Source: Sulfolobales archaeon
Lineage (GTDB): Archaea > Thermoproteota > Thermoprotei_A > Sulfolobales > NBVN01
Assembly (NCBI GenBank): GCA_038831135.1
Contig: JAWBKW010000001.1
Coordinates: forward strand, 5,614 to 69,613
Length of the DNA: 64,000 nucleotides
Direction: 5' to 3'
Shown here piece by piece: positions 24,839 through 32,777 of this stretch (position 1 is its first letter; every line of letters starts with the position of its first letter). The notes below the pieces were generated by a model, which searched no databases, was not told where the DNA came from, and worked only from the letters and a program-made list of their open reading frames with translations. The translations under genes were made by a program, and so were the position numbers.

Positions 24839-26659
24839 TTGGTTTGGGGGATTGTGGACTTTATAATATTAGCTCAAACGTTTGATAAGTTGGAGGGTAT
24901 TACAAGTAGGATACAGCTCACTAACGTATTAGTAGATCTTTTTAGAAAAACACCCTCAGAAGTTATTGATAAGGTTGTATACTTGATTCAAGGGAGGCTG
25001 TGGCCTGAATGGAGTGGATTGCCTGAATTAGGTGTCGGTGAGAGGTTCTTAATTAAGGCAGCGTCAATAGCCGTTAAAACTAGCGAATCTGATTTAGAGA
25101 AAATATATAAACAATTAGGTGATTTAGGGAAAGCTGTTGAGATTCTAAAGCAACGCGGGGGTTCAGGAGGTTTAGCTAAGTTTATTTCAGGTTCTAAACA
25201 GGACGTAAAGCTAAGCATCGAAAGAGTTTATGAGACTTTAAGTAAGGTCGCCTCTATGACTGGTGAAGGAAGTAGAGATATTAAGATTAAGTTGATCGCA
25301 GGTTTGTTAATTGATGCTGAGCCGATCGAGGCTAAGTACTTAGTACGTCTTATTGAGGGTAGGTTAAGACTCGGCATTGGGGATGCAACGGTCCTAGATG
25401 CGTTAGCTATTTGCTACGGTGGTTCTCAAGATTATAGAGTAATTGTTGAGAGAGCCTACAATATTAGGGCTGACTTAGGTAATGTTGCTAAGACGTTAGC
25501 GTTGGGAGGTATAGAATCGCTTAAAACCATAAAACCTAAGGTTGGGGTCCCCATAAGGCCTATGTTGGCTGAAAGGTTGAATGAGCCGAGCGAGATCTTA
25601 AGTAAGGTTGGTGGTAAGGCTATAGTTGAATTTAAATATGATGGTGAAAGGGCACAGATCCATAAAAGTGGTAATGATGTTTGGGTTTTCTCTAGGAGAC
25701 TTGAAAACATTACACATCAATACCCTGATGCTGTCGAGGCAGTCCTTAGTGGCTTAAAATGTAGGGAGTGTATCGTTGAGGGTGAGATAGTTGCTATAGA
25801 TCCTAGCACTAACGAGTTAAGAACTTTTCAGGAATTAATGCATAGAAAAAGAAAGCATGACATTCATGAAGTCGTTAAGGAATTTCCGGTTAGACTTTAC
25901 CTCTTCGATGTTCTCTACGTAGATGATAAGGATCTCACGCTTCAACCAATATCAGTTAGAAAAAGGTATCTCCAAGACATAGTAATTCAAAGCGAGAGTT
26001 TGAGGTTGGCTGATTCAACCATTACTGACGACCCCAACGAACTTGAGAGATTCTTCCTAAAGTCTATAGAGAACGGTTGCGAAGGTGTTGTTGTGAAGGC
26101 TATGCATGATCAAGCCATCTACCAGGCAGGTGCGAGAGGCTGGCTCTGGATTAAGTATAAAAGAGATTATAAGAGTGAGATGATCGATACGGTAGACTTA
26201 ACCGTTATCGGTGCTTTCTATGGTAGAGGGAGGCGTGGAGGTAAGTACGGTGCACTACTTATGGCTGCCTACGATCCGGATACCGACACTTTCAAGAGCG
26301 TCTGTAAGGTTGGTTCCGGATTTACTGATGAGGATTTAGAAAAAATTCCATCATTACTTCAGCCATATATTATCGATCATAAGCATCCAAGGGTCGACTC
26401 CGAATTAGAGCCCGACGTATGGGTTGTTCCTGCATTAGTAGCTGAAGTAATAGGTGCTGAGTTGACTTTATCCCCCCTACACACGTGCGGCAGAGGTAAG
26501 GTTAAAGAAGGAGTTGGGATATCTATTAGGTTCCCGAGGTTTTTAAGGTGGAGGGATGAAAAGAGGGCTGAAGATGCGACGACAGTTGATGAATTAATTG
26601 AAATGTATAAAGCCCAGCTTAGGAAGATATCAGAAGAAGTTACTCAGGAGCAAATATAG
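24839..26659 (+). CDS. lig: ATP-dependent DNA ligase
   Basis: 606 aa. Adenylation motif I EFKYDGERAQIH (KxDG). Motifs III (LYLFDVLY), IV (EGVVVK) and V (WLWIKYK) are visible. The true start may be the GTG at 24854. Confidence 0.9.
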   Translation: MVWGIVDFIILAQTFDKLEGITSRIQLTNVLVDLFRKTPSEVIDKVVYLIQGRLWPEWSGLPELGVGERFLIKAASIAVKTSESDLEKIYKQLGDLGKAVEILKQRGGSGGLAKFISGSKQDVKLSIERVYETLSKVASMTGEGSRDIKIKLIAGLLIDAEPIEAKYLVRLIEGRLRLGIGDATVLDALAICYGGSQDYRVIVERAYNIRADLGNVAKTLALGGIESLKTIKPKVGVPIRPMLAERLNEPSEILSKVGGKAIVEFKYDGERAQIHKSGNDVWVFSRRLENITHQYPDAVEAVLSGLKCRECIVEGEIVAIDPSTNELRTFQELMHRKRKHDIHEVVKEFPVRLYLFDVLYVDDKDLTLQPISVRKRYLQDIVIQSESLRLADSTITDDPNELERFFLKSIENGCEGVVVKAMHDQAIYQAGARGWLWIKYKRDYKSEMIDTVDLTVIGAFYGRGRRGGKYGALLMAAYDPDTDTFKSVCKVGSGFTDEDLEKIPSLLQPYIIDHKHPRVDSELEPDVWVVPALVAEVIGAELTLSPLHTCGRGKVKEGVGISIRFPRFLRWRDEKRAEDATTVDELIEMYKAQLRKISEEVTQEQI

Positions 26660-26666
26660 TTAATGT

Positions 26667-26987
26667 TTAGGTAACAGTAGTGATTATTACTCTCCTACTC
26701 TTACCAATTAATTTCAGCTTACCCTGATTAATCAACTCCTTAATAACACTCCTAGCAATACCTACGTTAACCCCAAGCTTTGATGAAAGGGCGTAAGGAG
26801 TTACAACGTTTAAATTATTTACTTCCTTAATAGCTCTATTAACTAGGGACTCATCCAATATTACAGCTTGCGACTTCTTTTCACGTTGCTCGGACTTCCT
26901 TATCTGTTGCCTAAGCTGTTCCTCCATAATTTTCTTCTGACGTTTCTCAACTATAGATATGGGTTTACCTCCCTTACCTCCACCCAT
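26667..26987 (-). CDS. rps25e: 30S ribosomal protein S25e
   Basis: 106 aa. Lys-rich N-terminus and a winged-helix C-terminus VVTPYALSSKLGVNVGIARSVIKELINQGKL, typical of S25e. Confidence 0.8.
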   Translation of the reverse strand: MGGGKGGKPISIVEKRQKKIMEEQLRQQIRKSEQREKKSQAVILDESLVNRAIKEVNNLNVVTPYALSSKLGVNVGIARSVIKELINQGKLKLIGKSRRVIITTVT

Positions 26988-27088
26988 TACGACACACCTG
27001 GATGAAAATATATTACACAGCTTAAAGATTTACATGAAATCATAATACCTTGACGACATATGAAGTAAACTAATAAACTACATAGAGG

Positions 27089-27343
27089 TTATCTAAAGGT
27101 TCCTATTAAGTTATCATCCACATATATCGTTACCACTGGTATGGTCTTACCTCTAATGTATATTGATATGTTGTGTTTCTCAACATCACCGACTGTGAAG
27201 TCTGTCCTTAATGGATTCCCAGTTAATACGAAAGTCTTCTGCAACTCATCATCTATGTATAATAAGACTTTACTAGTGAACATATCATAGTCAATCATTA
27301 CTACATGTTTTTCTTTCTCACCGACTGGTAATTTTAAATGCAT
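27089..27343 (-). CDS. Hypothetical small protein (84 aa)
   Basis: ORF only. Predicted all-beta, with no motif. Confidence 0.35.
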   Translation of the reverse strand: MHLKLPVGEKEKHVVMIDYDMFTSKVLLYIDDELQKTFVLTGNPLRTDFTVGDVEKHNISIYIRGKTIPVVTIYVDDNLIGTFR

Positions 27344-27406
27344 TTTAACACCTAGTTAAGGTTATTATTAATATATTAAGCTTTTACCAAAGTACATTCT
27401 AGACTT

Positions 27407-28174
27407 TCAAACCTTAAGAAACCTCATAAATACTATGTACCCAGTGTGCCCTACCATTCTCGACTTAGGTCTAACAGCATCCTTCTTAACTTCGTATTCC
27501 CTAAGCATAAGCTCACATACTTTAATATCTATGAATAACTTAGTGTTTGAAGCATACGTAACTAATTTTTCGACCTGATTAATAGTTGGTAGGAATGAGA
27601 GTAGAGTTGCCGACGGCTTTAAAGCATTAACTAATTTATTGAGGGCATTCCATGGGTCCGGTATATCTAGTATAGCAGAATCTATGTTGGTGTCATCTAC
27701 TTCATTCCTTATATCCTTATTTCTGAAGGTAACTCTATCATCTAATCCAATAAGCTTTAAGTTCCTGTACGCCACCTCTATATAATCCTTGTTCAACTCA
27801 TAAGCATAAACATGTCCGTCATCACCTACGTACTTCGCTAATATAGCAGTCATGAATCCGGTTCCAACACCCCCCTCAATAACTCTAGAGCCTGGACCGA
27901 TATCAGATAGTAGTAACATCAACCCTAAGTCTTTAGGATAAATAACTTGTGTAACCCTCTTAAACCCCTTCATCATGTAGTCTAATAAGGTAGGTCTCAG
28001 TAGGTAAGCATTAACACTAGTACTTAACTTAATGGAATCACCGTAATTCATACCAACTATATTATCAACCTTAATCAGGCCCTTATCAGTCGATAATTCC
28101 TTGCCTTTAATAACTTTAACCAGCTTAGACCTCCTCTCATCTATATGTATTAATACATGAGAATCGTAATTGAT
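27407..28174 (-). CDS. trmI: tRNA (adenine-N1)-methyltransferase TrmI (Trm61/GCD14 family); start codon non-canonical or unresolved
   Basis: MTase core QVIYPKDLGLMLLLSDIGPGSRVIEGGVGTGFMT. The track ORF starts at the ATG at 28051. However, 57 further in-frame codons up to the stop at 28223-28225 encode the conserved TrmI N-terminal beta domain (DSHVLIHIDERRSKLVKVIKGKELSTDKGLIKVDNIVG). They contain no ATG, GTG or TTG. An ATC start at 28174 would give 255 aa, the usual TrmI size. Confidence 0.75.
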   Translation of the reverse strand: MNYDSHVLIHIDERRSKLVKVIKGKELSTDKGLIKVDNIVGMNYGDSIKLSTSVNAYLLRPTLLDYMMKGFKRVTQVIYPKDLGLMLLLSDIGPGSRVIEGGVGTGFMTAILAKYVGDDGHVYAYELNKDYIEVAYRNLKLIGLDDRVTFRNKDIRNEVDDTNIDSAILDIPDPWNALNKLVNALKPSATLLSFLPTINQVEKLVTYASNTKLFIDIKVCELMLREYEVKKDAVRPKSRMVGHTGYIVFMRFLKV

Positions 28175-28263
28175 GGCTCGGTTCTGATGTCTTACATCAT
28201 CACTCAGAAATACCAGCCCTCCTCACAGCCCTACACATGCCTGAAATTCATTATTTATTCAGG

Positions 28264-28286
28264 TTTAAATACCTATTTAAATACCT
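28264..28286. repeat. Tandem direct repeat TTTAAATACCT x2 (period 12), TATA-like
   Basis: Copies at 28264-28274 and 28276-28286 are identical. The repeat lies upstream of trmI and downstream of the RHH gene. An adjacent inverted repeat, CCTGAA(12 nt)TTCAGG, sits at 28240-28263. Confidence 0.6.
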
Positions 28287-28340
28287 AAGTACGTTATTAA
28301 GCCGTAACAGAAGCTTAATTTAAAATTAATGAATGAGGGA

Positions 28341-28568
28341 TTATTTTATTTTGATGTACTTTACATTGTTAAAGTTGTGGTTGCGGGTTTCGGGCACTGA
28401 GTTTTTAGAAGTGCTTGATTCCTCATCACCAAACCATAACTCGCTCTTTAGGAGATCTCTTATAGCGATTCTTATAACTTCACTTCTACATGAGTACCTT
28501 CCCAACTTAACTAACTCATCAATACCTTCTACGTATATATCTGGGATTTTCACGGTGACTAACTTCAT
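28341..28568 (-). CDS. Ribbon-helix-helix (CopG/Arc-MetJ type) DNA-binding protein
   Basis: 75 aa. [37 protein letters not shown] is a classic RHH beta-alpha-alpha pattern. Confidence 0.7.
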   Translation of the reverse strand: MKLVTVKIPDIYVEGIDELVKLGRYSCRSEVIRIAIRDLLKSELWFGDEESSTSKNSVPETRNHNFNNVKYIKIK

Positions 28569-28710
28569 ATAATTACCCGCTTAGAACTTTAGGGATGGAT
28601 TAACTTAAAAAAATTTCGTCATAACTCAAGAGATGCGGCGTTTCTTACTTAGTAAGAGGTTATTGACCTTACATCTCAGATTTATTTACCTTGAAGTGTT
28701 TAACATTTAG

Positions 28711-29967
28711 GTGGCTCTCCTGACAGATTTTAAGTCTATTAGGGATGATTTCCCTCTACTTAAGTCTAGGAAGGTGGTTTACTTCGATAATGCTGCAACG
28801 TCACTTAAACCTATTCAAGTTATAGATGCTGTAAGAAACTATTACGAGTGTTTAGCTAGTAATGTACATAGAGGGGTTCATAGACTTTCTATGGAATCTA
28901 GTAGATTGTATGAGGATGCTCACGAGGAGGTCCGAAAGTTCATTAATGCCAGGTACTTAGATGAGATAGTATTTACTAGCGGTACTACTCAATCGTTAAA
29001 TCTAGTAGCATACATGCTTGGGCTATCACTAAGTAGAGGAGATAATGTTGTGGTGTCTATCATGGAACATCATAGCAACTTACTTCCTTGGGTCACTCTC
29101 TCCAAGGTTAGAGGCTTCGGGTTAAAGGTTGTAAATATTAGAAACGATTATACGTTAGATTATGATGAGTTATCAAATCTAGTTGATCGTAGCACCAAGG
29201 TTATCTCAATAACCCATACTAGCAACGTATTAGGAACCATAGTTGATATTAAGAGGGTTTCGAAGATAGCTCGTGAGGTTGGTGCTTTTTTAGTGGTTGA
29301 TGGTGCTCAGAGCGTTCCCCACATACCTATCTCGGTAACCGATCTAGATGTTGATTTCTTAGCCTTCAGCGGTCATAAGATGCTAGGACCTACAGGTATT
29401 GGGGTGTTATATATTAGGAAGGAACTTCAGGAGTCTTTAAACCCCCCATTCACTGGCGGTGGTATCGTAGATAGTGTTAGGTATGAGAACGGTGAGTTCT
29501 CTATTAAGTTATTAGATATGCCTTGGAGATTTGAACCTGGAACGCCGGACATAGCTGGAGCAATAGGTCTAGCAGAGGCAGTCAGATACTTAAGGAGGTT
29601 AGGTATGGATAATGTTGCTATGCATGAGAAGGAATTATTGAGATATGCGCTAAGTAAACTAAGTAATGATGAAGTAATATCTGAGAAAATAATTATTTAC
29701 GGCCCCAGTAATTTAGAATTTAGAGGAGGCATTATATCCTTCAATATTGCAGACTCCAACCCGCACATAATCGCATCCTACCTTGATACCTACAATATAG
29801 CTGTAAGAAGCGGTCAGCACTGCGCTCACCCGCTCCATCAACGCATCGGTGCTAATTCAGGTACAGTAAGGGCAAGCCTCTACATATATAATACTGAGGA
29901 AGAGGTCAACACAATGATAGAGATCCTCAGAGATTACATCATTAAGTTTACACCTAAAAATAAGTAA
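28711..29967 (+). CDS. sufS: Cysteine desulfurase, SufS/CsdA-like class V aminotransferase
   Basis: 418 aa with a GTG start. PLP-lysine context FSGHKMLGPTGIG and catalytic Cys context RSGQHCAHPL. Confidence 0.85.
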   Translation: MALLTDFKSIRDDFPLLKSRKVVYFDNAATSLKPIQVIDAVRNYYECLASNVHRGVHRLSMESSRLYEDAHEEVRKFINARYLDEIVFTSGTTQSLNLVAYMLGLSLSRGDNVVVSIMEHHSNLLPWVTLSKVRGFGLKVVNIRNDYTLDYDELSNLVDRSTKVISITHTSNVLGTIVDIKRVSKIAREVGAFLVVDGAQSVPHIPISVTDLDVDFLAFSGHKMLGPTGIGVLYIRKELQESLNPPFTGGGIVDSVRYENGEFSIKLLDMPWRFEPGTPDIAGAIGLAEAVRYLRRLGMDNVAMHEKELLRYALSKLSNDEVISEKIIIYGPSNLEFRGGIISFNIADSNPHIIASYLDTYNIAVRSGQHCAHPLHQRIGANSGTVRASLYIYNTEEEVNTMIEILRDYIIKFTPKNK

Positions 29968-29986
29968 ACACGGTAAATTACTTTGA

Positions 29987-30421
29987 GTGTTTATGATAAT
30001 GAATATTAGCAGAGGTTCCATAAGTCTTATTAAGAAATTACCTCTCTTAATGGGTCTCCTAATTTTCTACATCTACGGCGTACTATGGACTCTAAAACCT
30101 CGTAAAATAGTAGACATGAATGATTTACTTAGTCAGTTCTATTACGGGTTCCTCCGTTTAAAAAAGGAGGATGTCGAGATAGTAAAGTTAACTAATAAGG
30201 AGCTTATAACTATTTCTAAAAACCCTTGTCCAATTCTAAAGCTCACTCTATTACTCGGCATGGACACCAGATATACGTGTAGATTTATTTCAGAAACAGT
30301 CTGTAGGTACGTCCTAAAGAGGATTAATCCAGAATTAACATTTGAGAGGAATTACAGCTATATAAGGCCATATAAAGACGGCTGTATGGAGAGAATATAT
30401 CTTAAGGATGATTTAGCTTGA
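29987..30421 (+). CDS. Hypothetical protein (possibly L-2-amino-thiazoline-4-carboxylate hydrolase-like Cys-rich domain)
   Basis: 144 aa. N-terminal TM helix. The Cys-containing C-terminal half (CPILK...CRFISETVCRY...GCMERI) resembles that family only loosely. Confidence 0.3.
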   Translation: MFMIMNISRGSISLIKKLPLLMGLLIFYIYGVLWTLKPRKIVDMNDLLSQFYYGFLRLKKEDVEIVKLTNKELITISKNPCPILKLTLLLGMDTRYTCRFISETVCRYVLKRINPELTFERNYSYIRPYKDGCMERIYLKDDLA

Positions 30422-30471
30422 AATGAAGGCATTTAAAATAATGTAAGACATAAGTCATTATTTTAGGTCCC

Positions 30472-30912
30472 TTATTCGTACTTCTTAATTAATTCCTGGA
30501 TTATTCTATGATGTTCTTCCTCATTTTTTGCTAATGCTTCAGCAATAGACTTAAGGACTGGATAATTAAATAATTCAGCCATCTTTTTATAGGTTTTAAT
30601 CATTTCACTCTCTATATCTAGATGTTCTTTTAGAAGTTTCACTATAATCATTTTCTCTAGTTTCGAAGGAACTACCTCTTTAACATCTTTTAAGACTTCA
30701 GCTTCCTTACTTAGTGCTGACTCATAAGCTTTTAATAAACCTGTAACAACCTCCTTATGGATTATGGTCTCAATAGAAACCTTCTTCAAAACATTTTCAA
30801 GGTCTTTAACCTCCATACCCTGAAGCCTTAAAACTCTAATACTGTGAAGGTAGGAATCAGCGGCTTTTTCTTCAGTGTCCAATGCCCCTCTTATTACATC
30901 ATTTAAAGACAT
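30472..30912 (-). CDS. Ferritin-like four-helix-bundle protein
   Basis: 146 aa, all-helical. Spaced Glu/His motifs (EEKAADSY, ETIIHKE, ESEMIKTY, NEEEHHRI) are compatible with a di-iron ferritin-like fold. Confidence 0.5.
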   Translation of the reverse strand: MSLNDVIRGALDTEEKAADSYLHSIRVLRLQGMEVKDLENVLKKVSIETIIHKEVVTGLLKAYESALSKEAEVLKDVKEVVPSKLEKMIIVKLLKEHLDIESEMIKTYKKMAELFNYPVLKSIAEALAKNEEEHHRIIQELIKKYE

Positions 30913-31325
30913 AATATCACACTATTAATTTAGTAAAGAAATTAATAAATCTATCTAACTTTAAATCTAATAAATTAACTCAACACAATGTAAATCCAAA
31001 TGATTATTAATTCAATAATAATTCATCTAAATGATTATCTTTCTATATATAAAGTAATCTAAAATACGTCAAACACTCCCCACACTATATTGGATTAAGC
31101 CAAGAACATATATAGCTACTAATGAAGACCATCTGAAGGTAACTAGAGTAGATTGAGCTACTGAAATTTTGCGAAAACTGATTCAGCTGCTTCTGTTTTC
31201 ATGAGGTTTACAAGGTTTGGTATTAATCTATGGTTATTGGGGATATGTTGCTTCGGTCGAAGGAGGTATGCAGGGGGCTTGATATTAGCTATACGACTTT
31301 GAGGGAGTATGTGAGGAGGCTGGGT

Positions 31326-31343
31326 GATCCTACATGTAGGATC
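31326..31343. repeat. 18-bp perfect palindrome GATCCTACATGTAGGATC
   Basis: Read directly from the sequence. It lies in the GC-rich part of the 572-bp gap between the ferritin-like gene and tRNA-Gly. Confidence 0.9.
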
Positions 31344-31484
31344 TCTTAAGCCTAGTAGAGCTTTTTATAGGGTTCATATATAATGGTTGGTATCAAATCA
31401 GACCCTCTTTTAACGTTAACTTCGGTGGGTTAAAGGATTGTCTAAGTCCTTAGACTAGCTTACATTAATATTAATGTGAGATGA

Positions 31485-31560
31485 TGCGGCGGCCGGGATT
31501 TGAACCCGGGATTTCCGGCGTGGAAGGCCGGCGTCCTAATCCATGCTAGACGACCGCCGC
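31485..31560 (-). tRNA. tRNA-Gly (TCC), intron-less
   Basis: The reverse complement reads GCGGCGG-TC-GTCTAGCATGGATTAGGAC-G-CCGGC-CTTCCAC-GCCGG-AAATC-CCGGG-TTCAAAT-CCCGG-CCGCCGC-A. No encoded CCA. Confidence 0.9.
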
Positions 31561-31604
31561 CAGAATATATTAGTTTATTTAGAGTTTAAGTTTTTTATCG
31601 GTAA

Positions 31605-32057
31605 GTGGTTTTAGGTGGTTTAATGGAGTGTGGCGGGTTTAAGTTTCTGGAACATACGGCTGATGTTTATTTCGTTGCTAGTGGGGGTTCTCTCGAGGAG
31701 GCATTCGTTAATGCTGCTAAGGCTATGTTTGAGACTATAACAAATACTTCTAAGGTTAATATTGACTCATGTTTTGAGGTTGTTGATTCTTGCTATGACT
31801 TACATAACTGTGTATATAGGTGGTTGGAGGACTTACTAATACTTCATGATAGTCGTAATTTAGTGTTTAGGGACTTTGAGTTTAGGTTTATTGTAAAGGA
31901 AGAGGATGAGTATAAGTTCCTAGGTAGAGCATGTGGTGAGGTATACACCCCAGGCAAGCATGAACCTAGGATGGTTGTTAAGGCGGTGACTTACTCTCTA
32001 ATGAGCATTGAGAACTTAGATGGTTGCTGGAGGATTTACGTAGTGTTAGATATTTAA
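31605..32057 (+). CDS. Archease (RtcB ligase activator family)
   Basis: 150 aa. FKFLEHTADVYFVASGGSLEEAFVNAAKAMFE is the archease N-terminal signature. The start is either the GTG at 31605 or the ATG at 31623. Confidence 0.85.
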   Translation: MVLGGLMECGGFKFLEHTADVYFVASGGSLEEAFVNAAKAMFETITNTSKVNIDSCFEVVDSCYDLHNCVYRWLEDLLILHDSRNLVFRDFEFRFIVKEEDEYKFLGRACGEVYTPGKHEPRMVVKAVTYSLMSIENLDGCWRIYVVLDI

Positions 32058-32096
32058 TTAAAGTTTATTATCCTTTAATAATTCAATAATTATGGT

Positions 32097-32192
32097 GCCG
32101 CCGTAGCTCAGCCTGGGAGAGCGCCCGTTGAGCGGTAGGCTCAGGCGAAGCTGAAGACCGGGATGTCGGGGGTTCAAGTCCCCCCGGCGGCA
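32097..32192 (+). tRNA. tRNA-Phe (GAA) with a 22-nt intron inside the anticodon stem (between positions 30 and 31)
   Basis: Acceptor GCCGCCG/CGGCGGC plus A. D arm GCTC-AGCCTGGGA-GAGC. T arm GGGGG-TTCAAGT-CCCCC. Removing 32128-32149 (TTGAGCGGTAGGCTCAGGCGAA) gives anticodon arm CCCGG-CTGAAGA-CCGGG, with the anticodon at 32153-32155. Confidence 0.85.
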
Positions 32193-32458
32193 CTACCTCT
32201 CTTCCTAACTAATGCAAACGTAGAGCCTCGAACATCAACTACTTCACCATTAACCATATTCGCTACCTCATGAGCTACTGAATCAATATCTACGTTATTT
32301 AAAGTTTTGAACGACTTCATAACCCTAATTTTAACTACTCCCTCCCTCTTAAGGTGGTTCTTAATATCATTTAGTACGTTTTCGTTTATCCCTCCCTTAC
32401 CTATGTATATATGTGGCTTACCAATTACTGCCCTCACTACTTTCCTACTTTTCTGCAT
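32174..32458 (-). CDS. YhbY/CRS1 (CRM-domain) RNA-binding protein
   Basis: 94 aa. GKPHIYIGKGGINENVLNDIKNHLKREGVVKIRV matches the YhbY pattern (iGk.Gvt..vi..i...L..hELiKvk). The last 19 nt are antisense to the tRNA-Phe 3' end. Confidence 0.7.
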   Translation of the reverse strand: MQKSRKVVRAVIGKPHIYIGKGGINENVLNDIKNHLKREGVVKIRVMKSFKTLNNVDIDSVAHEVANMVNGEVVDVRGSTFALVRKRGSAAGGT

Positions 32459-32754
32459 TGTAACCTACTCACCCAACCACATAGTAAACAAGTTTTAGAA
32501 ATTATAACGTATTTACGTACCCCTCTTATCCTATATCTTGCAGTTAAGCCTGGTATGAGAGGGATGAAACATTTACTACATACGCCTCTTTTTAAGTATC
32601 TAGGCATCCTAACATCTGCTTTATTAATAATCCTTAAGGCTAATTCTATATATCTCCTAGCTCTCTCAATATTACCTGACTTGGTGGCTAGTAATGCCTC
32701 AGAATATAGGATCTTAGCTCTCTCAAGCGCTATTTCCTTAACTTGATTTTTAAT
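32437..32754 (-). CDS. rnp4: RNase P protein component 4 (Rpp21/Rpr2); not in the ORF track, no canonical start codon
   Basis: A 105-codon open frame is bounded by TAG (32764-32766) and TAG (32437-32439). It encodes IKNQVKEIALERAKILYSEALLATKSGNIERARRYIELALRIINKADVRMPRYLKRGVCSKCFIPLIPGLTARYRIRGVRKYVIISKTCLLCGWVSRLQC. This is the Rpp21 helical N-domain plus a CxxC...CxxC zinc ribbon. The only ATG is codon 50. I take the ATT at 32754 as a provisional start. Confidence 0.8.
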   Translation of the reverse strand: MKNQVKEIALERAKILYSEALLATKSGNIERARRYIELALRIINKADVRMPRYLKRGVCSKCFIPLIPGLTARYRIRGVRKYVIISKTCLLCGWVSRLQCRKVGK

Positions 32755-32761
32755 CCTGAAT

Positions 32762-32777
32762 CCCTAAATATTTAGGG
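32762..32777. promoter_or_regulatory. 16-bp perfect palindrome CCCTAAATATTTAGGG (bidirectional TATA-like element) between rnp4 and nep1
   Basis: Read directly. It occupies most of the 28-bp divergent gap. Its promoter role is inferred only from the AT-rich TAAATATTTA core. Confidence 0.35.

Noticed and set aside
30913-31140. Very AT-rich stretch (17% GC over 30921-31020) as a possible replication origin or DNA-unwinding element
   Set aside because: I found no ORB or mini-ORB-like inverted repeats (nothing like TCCAGTGGAAA) and no orc1/cdc6 gene in the window. It is more simply promoter or spacer DNA, or an element scar.
31141-31484. RNase P RNA or SRP RNA in the GC-rich island next to tRNA-Gly
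   Set aside because: I could not find the conserved P4/CR-I-type (GGAAAGUCC-like) or SRP helix-8 (GGAAG...AGCA-like) motifs on either strand. The region is kept only as an unclassified candidate.
32411-32746. 111-aa plus-strand ORF from the ORF track
   Set aside because: It is antisense to a convincing Rpp21 reading frame with a zinc ribbon and conserved helical domain. Its own translation is low-complexity with no motif.
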